In this document: positions 16,555-32,567 of the stretch, piece after piece | Numbering within the stretch: the first letter of the stretch is position 1 | Layout: every line of letters begins with the position of its first letter | Position numbers and translations under genes: made by a program | DNA from: the human T2T-CHM13v2.0 reference genome, Homo sapiens | Assembly (NCBI RefSeq): GCF_009914755.1 | Contig: NC_060934.1 | Direction: 5' to 3' (one strand) | DNA: 64,000 nucleotides | Notes under the pieces: model-generated | The model's input: the letters and a program-made list of their open reading frames with translations, nothing else | Databases searched by the model: none | Told to the model about the DNA's origin: nothing

Positions 16555-16642
16555 CTGGCAGTCTCCCCTTAGTCTATTTCCATCAAGTTTTAATCCATCA
16601 CTGTGCTTAAAAACACTCTCTCCAAGGAGTCTCCATGAAAAT
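16555..16642 (-). pseudogene. Best-preserved CEP164-like exon relic (88 nt)
   Basis: Acceptor attctgcacAG and donor CAG|GTAAGG. Open frame FSWRLLGESVFKHSDGLKLDGNRLRGDCQ resembles CEP164 SSSLSQSKEDLYLDS. Confidence 0.6.
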
Positions 16643-17970
16643 CTGTGCAGAATAGGTGCCCAGACTCTGAGAGGATGGCTAGAATGCAAGGCCAGACCCT
16701 TTGGGAATGAAATGCAGCTGTAGAGACTGATGCAGGAGCTGCAGAGTTGGGAGAACAGCTTACTTTTCATAGATAAGCTGTTTGAACTTCTTATCGTGTG
16801 CAGACATTCTATTTACAGTTGAAATGTAAATTAAAAGTAAATTACATTCCAGTAGCAAAACGGAGATTGGGAACAGCCTAGGGAAACAGGAAAGGGGGTC
16901 CCAGAATAACACTTAGGTCCTTTCTCGCCTTTGCCTGGTAGATGAGAAGTCATCACTGAGAAGTCAGTTGTGAGCACTGAATTTCATAAAGCGACCATCT
17001 CATCTAGTACTTATTCTAATCCTCCTGGTGCTTTTCTTCTCCCCTCTTCCAAAAGGCTGAGCTGTACCACAGAGCCTACACATGTGAACCTCTTCATGGT
17101 CAGCAGTTGAGTACGTCTCTGGTGGGATGTAGAATCTGAAAGGCAGTGTGATGTAAGAGAATAATCTCTGAATTGGAGTCATTAGTCCTGAGTTTTAGAT
17201 CCAGTTCTGCTATGGAAAATCTATTTGCCTTTAGGCAAGTCATTTTTTCTCTCTGGTCTTAATACCAGATGAAGCCAAAGCTGGCAATTAAACTTGTTTC
17301 AGTTATGATCCTATGGCTTCAAGGTGCTGAAACCAACATTCATTAACTAAAGCAAAATAAAGAGAAGTAAAAAAAGATGACTGAAGAAAGAGTTGAACCA
17401 CCGGGACTTAGGAAGGGTAGCCAGGGCAGCCCCAGGTATCTCGAGTTTATGAATGGGCCTTCAGGGGACTACCATTAGAAGTTCTCAGCTCTAGCTACAA
17501 CCTGCCCATAGCTGTAATGACAGGGCTCCTTCCTGTCTTTAATGTGTGTGTTTTGTAGGGGGAGGAGTAATGTTATTTCTAATGATAAGAAAGAAAGTAG
17601 GAAAGAAAGGAAAGAAAGGAGGGAGGAAGAAGAGAAAAGACAAAACAGAAAAGAGATGGAATTTATATTCTTGAAACTTATTAGCTCTGGAGGCAATTTC
17701 TAAATTTACAAATTAGTATTCTAACAATATTTTGAGCAATCGCAGCATTGCAATGAACATACAACTTTCACATATGACTACTTTGAAAAAACAATAATTT
17801 GTCAAATATGTAAGTCTTGGTAGTATGTTTTGTTATGTAAGTCTTGGTAGTATGTTTTATATCCATTCTTGCAAAAAATACTAATAAATGTTTATATTAT
17901 TGAGTCAGGTCTTCTAAGGACTTCCAGTAAGTGAATCCTATCTACTTAGAAGCAATAAAACACAAAATTA

Positions 17971-20447
17971 TAGGCATACCTCAGAGATACTGCAAATTTG
18001 GTTCTGGACTACAGCAAAAAAGTGATATCTCAGTAAAGTGAGTCAAACAATAAAAAATAAATTGTTTTATTTCCCAGTGCATTTAAAAGTTACGTTTACA
18101 CTATACTGTAGTCAAGTGTGCAAGGGCAAGATGTCTACAAAACAATGGGTATACTTTAATTAAAAATACCTTATGGCTAAAAAAATGCTGAAGATGATCT
18201 GAGGCTTCACAGACTCAATCTTTTTGCTAAAGGACGGCCTTGCCTTGATGTTGATGGCTACTGACTGATCAGGATAGTGGTTGCTTAAGGTTGGGGTGGC
18301 TATGGCAAATTCTTAGTGAAGTTTACCACATGAATTGACTCTTTCATGAAAGATTTCTCTGTAGCATATGGTGCTGTTTGATAGCGTTTTACCCACAATA
18401 TAACTTTTTTCAAAATTGGAGTCAGTCTTCTCAAACCTTGATGCTGCTTTACCGACTAAGTTTATGGAATATTCTAAATCCTTTGTGGTAATTTCAACAA
18501 TGTTCACAGCATCTTCACTAGGAGTAGATTTCATCTCAAGAAACCACTTTCTTTGCTCATCTATAAAACACAACTCCTCACGCATTCAAGTCTTATCATG
18601 AGATTGCAGCAATTTAGTCACATGTTGAGGCTCCACTTCTCATTCTAGTTCTCTCACTATTTCCACCACATCTGCAGTGCCATCCTCCACTGAAATCTTG
18701 AACTTCTCAAAGTCACCCATGAGGATAGGAATCAACTTCTTCCAAAGTTGATATTTTGATCTTCTCTCATGAATAATAAATGTTTTTAATGGCATCTAGA
18801 ATGGCGAATACCTTCCAGAAGGTTTTCACTTTATATTGCCCTGATCTGTCAGAGGAATCAATATGGAAACTACAGACAAAATATATTTCTTAAATAATAA
18901 GATTAGCAAATCAAAATTACTCCTTGATCCATGAGCTACAGAGTGGATGTTTTATTAGCAGTTGTGAAAACAACATTAATCTCCTTGTACATCTCCATTA
19001 GAGCTTTTGGGTGACCAGGTACATTGTCAATGAATAGTAATATTTTAAAAGGAATCTTTTTTCTGAGCATTAGGTTTCAACAGTTGGCTTAAAATATTGA
19101 GTAAACCATACTTTAAAAAGATGAACTGTCATCCAGATTTTGTTCAATTTACAGAACAGAGTCAGTAGAATTAGTATAATTCATAACAGCCTTGGGATTT
19201 TCAGAGTGGTAAATGAGCACTGGCTTTAACTTAAAGTCACCAGCTGCATTAGCCCCTAACAAGAGAGTCAGCCTGTCCTTTGATGTTTGAAGCCAGGCAT
19301 TGACTTCTCCTCTCTAGTTATGAAAGTCCTAGCTAGATGGTGTCTTCTCCCAACAGAAGACCATTTCATCTACATTGAAAATCTGTTGTTTAGTGTGGCC
19401 ACCTTCATCAGTGATCTTAGCTAGGTCTTCTGGATAACTTGCTGCATCTTCTTCATCAGCACTTGCTGCTTCACCTTGCACTTTTATGTTATAGAGATGG
19501 CCCATTCCTTTAAACTTCATGAACCAACTTCTGCTGGCTTCCAACTTTTCTTCTGCAGCTTCTTCACCTCTCTCAGCCTTCATGGAATTGAAGAGAGTTA
19601 GGCCCTTGCTCTGGATTACGCTTTGACTTAAGGAATGTTGTGGCTGTTTTGACCTTCTATTCAGACCACTAAAACTTTCTTCATATCAGCCATAAGGTTG
19701 TTTCAGTTTCCTGTCATTTATATGTTCACTGAATCCATGAATGATGATTTTTTAAAAAAACATTAATTTCCGGCTGGATGCGGTGGCTCACGCCTGTAAT
19801 CCCAGCACTTTGGGAGGCTGAGGCAGGTGGATCACCCAAAGTCAGGAATTCGAGACCAGCCTGACCAATATGGTGAAACCCCTTCGCTACTAAAAACACA
19901 AAAATTAGCCAGGTGTGGTGGTGGGCACCTGCAGTCCCACCTACTCAGGAGGCTGAGACAGGAGAATTGCTTGAACCCAGGAGGCAGAGGTTGCAGTAAA
20001 CTGAGATCGCGCCACTGTGCTCTAGCCTGGGCGACAAAGTGAGACTCCATCTCAAAAAAAAAAAAAAAGAAAAAGAAAAAAATTAATTTCCTCAAGAACA
20101 TTTTCTTTGCATTTACAACTTGGCTCACTGTCTGCGTAGCTTTTGACATGCCTTCCCCACTAAGCTTAACCATTTCTAGCTTTTGATTTAAGATGAGAGA
20201 CATGCAACTCTTCCTTTCACTTGAACACTTAGAGGCCATTGTAGGATTATTGACTGGCCTAATTTCAGTATTGTTGTGTTTGAGATATTGTGAGAATTAC
20301 CAAAATGTGAATGAAGTGAGCACGTGCTGTTAGAAAAATGGTGCCAATAGACTTGCTGCATACAGGATTGCCACAAACCTTCCATTTGTAAGCAATGCAA
20401 TATCTGCAAAGTGCAATAAAGGGAGGCAGTAAAATGAGGTCTGCCTG
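17971..20447 (-). mobile_element. Tigger1 DNA transposon, near full length, decayed transposase, interrupted by an Alu
   Basis: Termini tAGGCATACCTC and GAGGTcTGCCTG. Transposase fragments [22 protein letters not shown] (20239), [23 protein letters not shown] and [21 protein letters not shown]. Confidence 0.92.
19772..20081 (+). mobile_element. AluS inside Tigger1
   Basis: Dimeric Alu with poly(A). TSD ATTAATTTCC at 19762 and 20082. Confidence 0.93.
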
Positions 20448-21674
20448 CATTTAAATTGCTTTTTACTTCACACTTACTTGAGAAAAGTTCCTCACCGGCA
20501 ATTTTCCCTTTAAAAAAATCTTGATTTAACTCAAGTACTGGTTTTAAACTTTATACTTCATAGCAGAATTATTAAGCCATATTTTCTAACTTAGCTTTCA
20601 GATTGCTTATATCTACTATGACTACATTATTTTGTTCTCTTTCCTGTGCTCCAATAAAAAGTGTGTATTCTTACCTAGATGTGTATAAACTTTTAATTAG
20701 CATGTAATTAGGAGAAAAAGTTCTCATATTAATATTCTGATATTTATTGAAATATATATAAATTTCTTTTAATCCTATTATACTCATCTTTTTAAATATT
20801 ACTACTGTTTTATTACATAATATTAACTCTCCTCTTTTAAGTACTTTATGAACTCATGACCTTTCACTGGCTTAAGCTCTTCTAATTAAACATAATTATG
20901 ATTGTGGTCTTTGATTCTCACTAGTAGGAGCAGATCGCCTTGACATCTTGAGAGCATCCCCATTTTCTGTTACTAGTAAGTCCAGACCCATGGTGATTTT
21001 TCCTGAGCCGTGGAATCAGTTGTCCTCCAAGAGGTGATGGTTCCTTTTCCTGGAAAATAATCTTGGAGATGCAAATCTGGTTACTGTGCATGGGCATGAG
21101 AGTCACAAAGTGGGAAAAATCATGCTTTTTAAGGTTATGTGTTTGCACTGGCTTGTCTTTTCTTTTTCATTTCAAAAAGTTATGTAGCCATGTCCCACTA
21201 GACTCCAGGTTTTGTCTATCTCCACAACTTTATACTATGCAGACACCAGGCTGCTACTCAGCTGTGATGTGACTTGCTACTCAGCTCTGATGTGACTCTG
21301 GATGGGCGGCCAGCACTCCACTTTGTGTCTTTAATCAGCGAACACTGATGGGCTCCATGCCAATAGTGCCAGTGGGGGACTCAGTGGGCCCCAGCTATGC
21401 AAAAAGGGAGCCACAAAACCAAATCATGCCTAAGATGGGGATACATGCAGAACGGAGACATGCACTGGCCCCAGCACAGCACCAAGGATGAGAGAACCTC
21501 CTCTGGTTGGGTGGGCCAGGAAGGATTTGCCAGTTCAGAGGAGATGAGGATGAGGAGGTAGAGAAGGCACCAATCATGGAGGGTGTGAATGACCAGCTAA
21601 GAAGTGTGACCAATGTTCCTGAAGTCATTCTGGTATTACCAGAGGGCTTTAAGTAGGGGCAATATAGAGTCAGA

Positions 21675-22005
<331 letters not shown>

Positions 22006-22420
22006 AGATTTGCATTTTTAATGGATCTTTCTGGCAGCCATGTAGAAGAATGTCTCAAGTATATATGCTATTGCACGTTACACAGATTCTTTTCAGTTTC
22101 CTCTTCTCCATTTTCTGATGCTGAGGGTATGTTATTCCAAATAATACCACTTGACAATCATATATTCTTTTATTTCCTTTCTGAAATTCAAGGGAAATTG
22201 AGTGGCTTAGGCCTTTCCTTTCCAGAGCTGGCCTTTTAAACCTCCAGAGCTCCAAAGCCAAGGCAAAGTTTATGTAGTGGATTGAAAGACTTACTTATCT
22301 TCTATCAACATTTATTATTTTGATAATTAATTAATGCCTCACATGGTCCTAGAAAAAAATTATAGTAAGTTTCCAAAATGTGCAACAACAACACTCAGAA
22401 TGGTCATGCTTCATAGTGGT

Positions 22421-23245
<825 letters not shown>

Positions 23246-23470
23246 GAGCAGTCTCTAAAAGAGCTTATTTCAACTGCCCACTGATATCTTCCTGAACACA
23301 CAGGTGAGAATACAAACCCATGCTCTCACTAAAACCTCAGAATGATAGACAACCTATTAACAAATAAGCCTAGATTAAGGAATACAGTCCAGACTTTGTT
23401 ACATGGAAGGCTCAGGCTTTGATTGATGAAACAAAGGTGACATAAAAACAGCAGAAAAACACTTAGGTCC

Positions 23471-23932
23471 TGTATTAGTTTTCTAGCCCTGCTATATAGC
23501 AAAGTAACACAAACTGGGTGGCTTTCAATAACAGAAATTTGTCTTCTTACAGTTCTGGGTGTTAGAAGTCTGAAATCAAAGTGTACACCGGGCCATGTAC
23601 TCCTTGTGGGGTCTGGAGGAGAATAATCTGTTCCATGCCTTTCTCTTAGGTTTTGTTGCTGCTGGCTATCTTTAACATTCCTTGGCTTATAGACACATTG
23701 TTCCAATCTCTGCCTCCATCTTCGCAAAGCCTTCTCCCTGGTGTGTCTCAGTGTCTGTGCCTCTTCTCTTCTTATAACAATACCAGTTAGAATGGATTAA
23801 GGGCCCACTTATTCCAATAAGACCTCATTTTAACCGTAAGTACATTTTCAATGGTCCTATTTCCAAATAAGGTCACATTCTAAAATTCAGGAAGGACATG
23901 AATTTTGGGGAGACACTATCTAACCCAGTACA
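23471..23932 (-). mobile_element. MLT1 (ERVL-MaLR) LTR
   Basis: tgtattagttttcta..cacaaactgggtggctt..acagaaatttgtcttcttacagttctggg. Further MaLR-like pieces run to about 24720. Confidence 0.75.
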
Positions 23933-24853
23933 GGTTCTATCTCTTGGCCTGCTCCTGTGATTCAAGATCAGTGAGAAAACAAGGTACCACCAACTAAGTA
24001 GCTTAAAACAACATAGGTCTGTTGGTCAAAATTCTGGATGGGCTCAACAGAGTTTTCTGCTTAGGATCTCACAAGACCAAAATCAAGGTTTAGGCTGGGC
24101 TCTCATCAGGAGGCTCTGGGCAAGAAGGTGCTTCCAGGTCATCTAGGTTGCTGACAAATAATACAGAGTAGTAAAAAGGAATTATCCTGGCATTAGAAAG
24201 GAAGAATATACTTGGCTTGGCTTGGATGCTACCAAAAACAGTGACTAAGCAAGAATATATATATAGGATAATTTATTTGGGAGAAAATCTCAGAGAATGG
24301 AAGGGAGGCCCCTGGGAAAGTGATAAAAGGAAGAAAGACTGAGAGCAACTGGAACTTAATTCCATCAGGACATTCAAAGGAGCCTATAGAGTGTCTCTCC
24401 CATTTGTCTATCCAAGGACCCACAGGGAGCAGCCTTTATCCATTGGCTCTGATAGGGCCGCTGCCCAGGACACTAAATCCCCCACATACTTCCAGATTGT
24501 GATGGTTCTTGTGTGCTGGAGAGAGGGCTGCAGTCTATGATGACAAAGACATCCAAAAATGAAAGTAAAGGATGTGCAAGGCATATTTGGAGCAAGACGC
24601 TTGTGGTGTGAGGTGAGTCAAAGCCCATGCTAAGTTGTTTGCCTCAGTCACTGCTGGAATCAGAAGCAAGACTGAGAGGATGGGAGTTTGGCACCAGACC
24701 TGGTATAATACTTCTGAAAACTATCTACTGAAATGCAGCAAAATGCTTCTCATCCTCACAAATATGAGAGAAGCCAAGTTCAGAAAGCAAAAAGACAAAA
24801 TAAGAAAACAGTTGGATTAGGAAAGATTGCAAGAAATCTAAAATTGAAATCTA

Positions 24854-25310
<457 letters not shown>

Positions 25311-25446
25311 AGTGAGAATTACAATGGACAGAGTTCAGCTCTCGAGTCTCTGGCTAGCATGATGGGGAATGCACTTGGTGTATTGGAATCAAGAGGAAGG
25401 AGCATCCCAGCCTCTGATGACCAAGAGTTTTCTGAATTCAGAGGCT

Positions 25447-27070
25447 GTATTAGTTATGTGTTGCTGCATAACAAATAACTACAAACTTAGCAGTTTAGAA
25501 CAACATACACTTATTATCTTATCGTTTCTATGAGTCAAGAGTTCAGGCATAGCTTCTTGGGGTCCTATGCTTCCTGGCTTCCCACCAGGCTGCAATCAAG
25601 ATGTTGGCTGGCATTGTGGAAAACCGTGTGGAGGTTTCTCAAAAAACTAAAACTACCAAACAATCCAACAATCTCACTACTGAGTGTTTTCCAAAGGAAA
25701 TGAAATCAGTATATCAAAGGCATACTTGCACCCCCATAACACTATTCACAATAACTAAGATATGGAATCAACATAAATGTCCATCAACAGATGAATGGAT
25801 TAAAAAAATTTGGTGTGTATACACGATAGAATACTACTCAGCCATAAAAAATGAAATCCTGTGCTGGGCACGGTGGCTCATGCCTGTAAGCCCAGCACTC
25901 TGGGAAGCTGAGGTTAGAGGATTGCTTGAGAGTTCAAGACCAGCCTGGGCAACATAGTGAGACCCTGTCTCTAGGAAAAATACAAAAAAGCAACTGGGCA
26001 TGGTGGCACATGCCTGTAATTCCAGCTACTCAAGGAGGCTGAGACAGGGCGATCACTTGAGCCCAGTAGTTCGAGGCTGCAGTGAGCTATGATCATGCCA
26101 CCATACTCCAGCCTGGGTGACAGAGACCTTGTCTCAAAAAAAAATATGAAATAAAAACTTGTCATTCATGGCAACGTGGATGGAGCTGGAGGATGTTATG
26201 TTAAGCAAAATAAGTCAGGCACAGAAAGATAAATACTGAATGTTTTCATTCATATGTAGGAGCTAAATAAAAACCAAACTCATGGAAGTAGAGAGTAGCA
26301 TTGTGGGTATTAGAGGCTGGAAAGGGTAGAAGGGAGGGGAGATAAGGAGAAGGCTAACTGATACAAAGTTACAGCTAAAGAGAAAGAACAAGTTCTAGTG
26401 TTCTGTAGCACTGTAGCATGAATATGGTTAATTATAATTTATTGTGTATTTTCAGAAAACTAGAAGAGTGAATTTTGAATGTTCACAACAGAAAGAAATG
26501 ATGTGTTTGAGGTAATGGATATACCAATTACCCTGATTTTGTAATTACACATTGTATACATACATCAAAATATTATTCTGCATTCTATAAATATGTATGG
26601 CTTCTATGTGTCAACTAAAAAGAAAAAGAAAACAATTGGGGAGAAAAAAGATGGTGGCTGGGGCTGCAATTTCATCTCAAGGCTTGACTGGGGAAGGATG
26701 TTCTTCCACAATTATGTGGTTATTGGCAGAATTCAGTTTCTTGTGTTCTATTGACTGAGGGACTTTATTTCCTTCTCGTGGTTGGCTAGAAGCTTCTCAT
26801 AGTTCTTTACTATGTGGGCCTGCCTCCTCATATAGCAGCTCATAGGATAGCAATTTGTTTCACCAAAGCCAGCAAGAGACAGTCTGCTAGCAAGGTAGAA
26901 GTTACAATCATATGTAACATAATCATAGAGGTGATATTCCATTATGCCTGCTATGTTCTATTGGTTAGAATTAACTTAGATCTCCCCCTCCATCAACACT
27001 CAAGGGAGGGAACCACACAGGATGTGAACATTAGGAGGCAGAGATGACTAGGGACCATCTTGAAGCCCAC
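25447..27070. mobile_element. Nested MLT1 LTR > L1MA 3' end (25612-26647, +) > AluJ (25862-26145, +)
   Basis: The L1 is flanked by TSD AAGATG(T/G)TGGCTGG at 25598 and 26648. MaLR sequence continues on both sides. Confidence 0.75.
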
Positions 27071-27207
27071 ACAGCACAGGAGCAGAGGAAGGGTATTCCA
27101 GAGATTGCAGTTTGTACAAAGATATGAAAGTGTGAGATAGAATGTCACATTTAGGAACTTGCCAGGGGTTAGCATAGCTGGAGAATAGAACACAAAGTAG
27201 AGATTAG

Positions 27208-27776
27208 TAGAACTAGAAATACCATTTGACCCAGCCATCCCATTACTGGGTATATACCCAAAGGACTATAAATCATGCTGCTATAAAGACACATGCACTC
27301 GTATGTTTATTGTGGCACTATTCACAATAGCAAAGACTTGGAACCAACCCAAATGTCCAACAATGATAGACTGGATTAAGAAAATGTGACACATATACAC
27401 CATGGAATACTATGCAGCCATAAAAAATGATGAGTTCATGTCCTTTGTAGGGACATGGATGAAATTGGAAATCATCATTCTCAGTAAACTATCGCGAGAA
27501 CAAAAAACCAAACACCGCATATTCTCACTCATAGGTGGGAATTGAACAATGAGATCACATGGACACAGGAAGGGGAACATCACACTCTGGGGACTGTTGT
27601 GGGGTAGGGGGAGGGGGGAGGGATAGCATTGGGAGATATACCTAGTGCTAGATGACAAGTTAGTGGGTGCAGCGCACCAGCATGGCACATGTATACATAT
27701 GTAACTAACCTGCACAATGTGCACATGTACCCTAAAACTTAAAGTATAATAATAAAAGAAAAAAAAGAAAAAAAAA
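27208..27776 (+). mobile_element. 5'-truncated young L1 (L1PA2-type), ~570 bp
   Basis: ORF2 end, 3' UTR with CACAATGTG and GAGATCACATGG diagnostics, poly(A). No clear TSD. Confidence 0.88.
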
Positions 27777-28889
27777 TCTGAACTAAGCAGGGACCACATC
27801 TTTGTGGGCTTTTTATGCCAAGCAAGGCTCTAGATTATGTTACTAGATCATGTGTTGGCTGGATTATATTGGTGGTCAGAACATTACATGGGCTGTTGGT
27901 TGCTAAATTCAGGACCACCACTAGTTTCATTGTTTTTGTATGAATAAGAAAGGAATCCTTTCCTCCAAGTTAACAGGACCCTGCTGCAGGACATATAACA
28001 TGTAATGTGGAGGAGAAGTGAGGTTTCAGCCCCCTTCATCCTTCCACTGATGAGTGCACAAGTAGAGTGCAGAGCAACAACCTTGCAGGTGCCAATTGAA
28101 AGAGTGCAGCATTTTTTTTTTCAGAGAGAAATGATATGGGCCTGATTAATGAGGCCAGTGGTTGTGATGATAGAAGAGGGGAGCAACAAAAGTGATTTCT
28201 TTAAAAAAAAAAAAAAAGCAAGAATCACACAGACTCAGCAATGGCTAGGTATGAGGAATGAGAGAAGGGAAAGGCACTAGAATGATTTTTTTTACATCTC
28301 TGGCTTGGACAACCTATTGAAATGTGACATTGCTAATTAAGATAAAGCAATATGTTAGGAGAAGGATATTGGGGACAAAGGAGCTGTATCAGTGAAAGTC
28401 ACAGCAGGAAACAGATGGTATGTTCCAATTAGGATTTTCTGTAGAGGATTTATTAAAGAAACTATCTCTTATAGAGAAAATTATTAAAGTTATGGGCAAG
28501 ATGTGGGAAAATCACAAGAAACAGTGCAGCACCCTGGGGCTAGTAGCAGTGGGGCTGGAACCACCCTTAGGCTTAAAGAGGGGAGAAGAGGGGAAGGAAT
28601 GATTGTCATAGTGGGAAGGATAATTGTATGGTGAGGGTGACCATTGAGAGGAGCTAGGGCACTTGATGGAGGCATCCAGCCTCCATTCCTCTGAAATGAC
28701 ACAGTAGGGAGGAAGCTGTTAGAATAAATACCCTGACTTCACTCTCCTTCCAACCTCCAATTTGTCAGGGTACCCCCAAATGGAAGAACAGAGAACAAAG
28801 AACTCCTATTGGTGTAGTCCTTCCAGGGAAGAACCCAGAGAATGATATATATGAATTAAGCAAAAAACTGCCAAAATATTTTATTATTT

Positions 28890-31800
28890 TTAAAATATCT
28901 GTAGTATTTGGAATGATGTCCCTTTTTTCATTCCTGTTATTTGTAATTTTTGTTTTTTTCTTTATCAGTCTTGCTATCATATCAATTCTAACATCAATTC
29001 TATTAACATATAAAAAAAGTCATTTTATTGAAATTGTTGTTTTCTATTTTCATTTTTTTTTTAATGTCATGGAATTCTGCTATTTTCTTTATGTTTTCAT
29101 TAGCCTTTCAAAAGTTTGATTTACTTTCTTTTTCTAGCTTATTTAGAGGAAAGTTAAAAAATAACACTTCAGATATACTTTTTCCTCTAAGTATGCATTT
29201 AAGGCCAAAAATTTTCCTCTATGAACTATGCTTAGAGTATGTACTTTGAATAATTTTGATTATTTTGTATTGAGATTTACTTTGTACTCAAAATATGGCC
29301 AGTTTTGGTGAATGTTCCATGTACACTTGAAAGATTTTGTATTTTGATGTTGTTGGATTCTATGCACATCAATTGGGTCACATTTCTCAGTTAAGCTCTT
29401 CAGAATGTTTATCTTTACTATATATCCTTTTTAGATTATATTATTGGTTATCGAGAGGTGTATTATAGTCTCCTACTTTAATTGTGTTTTTTCTGTTTCT
29501 TCTTCTATTTTGTCAATTTTTGTTTTTTATATTTAGAAACTATATTATTTGGTGCATACACATTGAGAATTGTTATATCTTCCTGGTAAATTGATTCCTT
29601 CCTAATTATGAAATATTCCTTTTTCTCTAGTGACTTTTCCTGCCTTAAAGCCTACTTTGCCATTAATTTCTATATCAGTTTCCCTTTTTCACTGTTTTCT
29701 TAATACCTTTTCCCACAATTTTGCTTTTAAACTTTGTGTCCTTAACAAGTTGTTTACTTGTAATAGCATATAGGTGAATTAGTCTTCTACTTTTCTAATT
29801 CAGTTTGTCTATTTATTGACACAATTACATTATTTATATTTAACATAGTTACAGAGATAAATGTGTTTATATATACCGTCTTTTTTCTTTATATGGATTA
29901 ACTTTTTTCTATTTGATATATTTCTTTTCCTTTCTTCTCTTTTTTTGGGGGAGAAGGATTTAATTTTATATATACTATATATAAACATCTAATATGTATA
30001 ATATTCAATAATTAATTACATAAATATACATATTAGATGTTTATATACAGTATACATATTACATATTAGATATTTATATATTAGATATTTATATATTATA
30101 TGTAATGTTACATATTAGATATTTATATATTAGATATGTATATATTATAGCTAATATTACTTATTAGATATGTATATATTATAGCTAATATTACTTATTA
30201 GATATGTATATATTATAGCTAATATTAGATATTAGAATTATCTAATATTACTTATTAGATATTTATATATCTAATATATATTTATACATCTAATATTTTG
30301 TATTCGATATTTATATAATCTATTCAAATGTACCATATATTATTTAATTATATAATTTTTATATATAGTATATTTAAATATACTATATATATTTTAAAAT
30401 ATATGAATGTACTATATATTATTTAATTATATGGTTATTATATATAGTAATTATATAATTACTATATATTTACCATACAGTACTATATATTATTTACTAT
30501 ATATTATTTTAATTATGTTATCATATATTAATTATATTAATACTAATTATTATCAATTACTAAATGTTACTTAATATTACAAATATTATATAAATATATA
30601 TATCTTAACTTGTTAGCCATACAATATTTTACCCTTTTAGTTGTTACTCTAATAATTATGTGTATCTTAGGTATTTGCAGTCCAATATAATCACTTTTAT
30701 TATTTCCCTGATAATACCAATGCCTTAGAACAATTTCACTTCTTTTATCATCTGCATGCCTTTTATCTTAAGTTTGGCATGCATCTTAATTCTATATGTA
30801 TTTTAAATTGCATAAGAAACTGTTATTATTGTTTGTACAGGCAATATTCAGTCACTTATATTTTCTTATATGTTCCTTTATTCCCTCCTGCATTTCTACA
30901 TTTCCATCTAGCATCACTTTTCTTCTGCCTAGACAACTCCCTTTAGTGTTTCTTTTAATGAAGTTACTTGGCAATAGAGTTACTCAATGTTTTTTGCAAA
31001 GTATCTTATCAAAATATTTTATCTTTGTTTTTGAAGAATATATTTCTTGGTATAGAATTCTCAGTTGACAGTTAATTTTATTTCAACACTTTAAATATTG
31101 TTTTCTTATAGTCTACCTTCTCTTGTGTCTATTGAGAATTTGACTTCAGTTTTATTGCCACTAATTTAAATTATTTTCTCTGGTTGTTCTTAGAATTAAC
31201 TGTCTTGATTTTCAGAAGTTTTACTATGATATATTTAGGTATGGTTTTGTTTGTATTTAACATATTCGTCATTCACAGAGCTTCTTGCATCTGCGGACCG
31301 AAGTCTTTTTCTTAGTTCTGGATAGTTCTTGACCACTATTTTTCAAATATTTCTTCTGCCCCATTCTGTTTTCTTATATGTCTCCAGTTATAGATGCATT
31401 TTTCACTGTGTACCTCATGACTCTTACACTTCTTTGTTCTTTTTATTTTTTTATCTCTCTGTGCTTTCATTTGGATATTTTTTATTGAGCTGTCTTCTAG
31501 TTTACAAATTGTTTCTTCTGTTGTTTCTAATCTGCTTGTTAAATCTATTCTTTTCAGTTATTCATTTTGAATATTTTTCTACTGCAGAATTTCAACTAGA
31601 TTCTTTTTATTAAATTCAAATTATCTGGTGAAATTGTTCTCCATTGTTTCCTCCACCTTCTCCTCTATATCTTGGATATGTTAATCTTTTTAAATAACTC
31701 ATTTTAAGCCCTTATCTGCTAACCTCAATATCTGAATCACCTGTAAGTCCTTTTATTTTTAATTTTTATATTTTATATTTATATTCCCTCCTGCATTTCT

Positions 31801-32560
31801 GCATTTCCATCTAGCATCATTTTTCTTTAATTTTTTTTTTTTTTGAGACAGGGTCTCACTTTGTCACCCAGGCTGGAATGCAGTAGCACAATCACAGCTC
31901 ACTGCAGCCTTGACCTCCCAAATTCAAGAAATCCTCCCACCTCAGCCTCCCAGGTAGCTAGGACCATAGGAACACATCACCAAACCTGCCTTTTGTTTGT
32001 TTGTTTGTTTTTTTGGTAGAGACAGAGGCTCATTATGTTACCTAGTCTGGGAGTTGGCTGATCACTTTATTTTCATCAGGAATTGTGTTGTGTTGAGTCA
32101 AATGTGATTGCAGCTTCAGAAAGGCTCCATCTGCCTCTGGCTCATCCATGTTCTTAGGGTACAGTTGTTTAGTGATTCTAACTAAAAGCCTAGCATATTC
32201 ACCTGGGCCCCTTCTCTTGGAGGTTCCTGAACTCCCTTGTTTCCTCAACTAGCCATGATGGCTAAACATGCTTTACCACTCTCCAGGTGCTTTTCCCCCC
32301 ACACTCCCACCCCCCAGCTGTGCCCCCACTTGCCTTCTTTTCTGTGAAGCTTTAGGACTCAGCAAATGTCTTAAAGGGAAACTTGTCCATGTATCTGGCT
32401 TAGGATTTTTTTTTCTTTTCTTCTCATTAAGATCTTGTTTCTTCCAATCTCTAATTTCTCTTCTTCAACTCCAGAAGATTTCTAGAGTTTCCACTGGTTT
32501 CTTTGCTTCCCACTAATGATCCTCTACCTAACCAGATTCTTAGCCTCTTTTCTCTGCACT
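28890..32560 (-). mobile_element. Old L1M fragments, with a truncated AluJ at ~31830-32050
   Basis: ORF2-like relic IARLIKKKTKITNNRNEKRDI on the minus strand and T-rich decayed L1 sequence. Boundaries approximate. Confidence 0.6.
29960..30610. repeat. AT-rich low-complexity region containing a 34-bp minisatellite
   Basis: About three copies of TATTAGATATGTATATATTATAGCTAATATTACT from ~30128, within (TA)-rich sequence. Confidence 0.9.
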
Positions 32561-32567
32561 AGGAGTC

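Noticed and set aside
17807-17858. Short direct repeats (27-bp here, 23-bp at ~21252-21297) as array-like elements
   Set aside because: Two-copy tandem duplications without spacers; ordinary slippage. There is no CRISPR-like structure anywhere in this human window.
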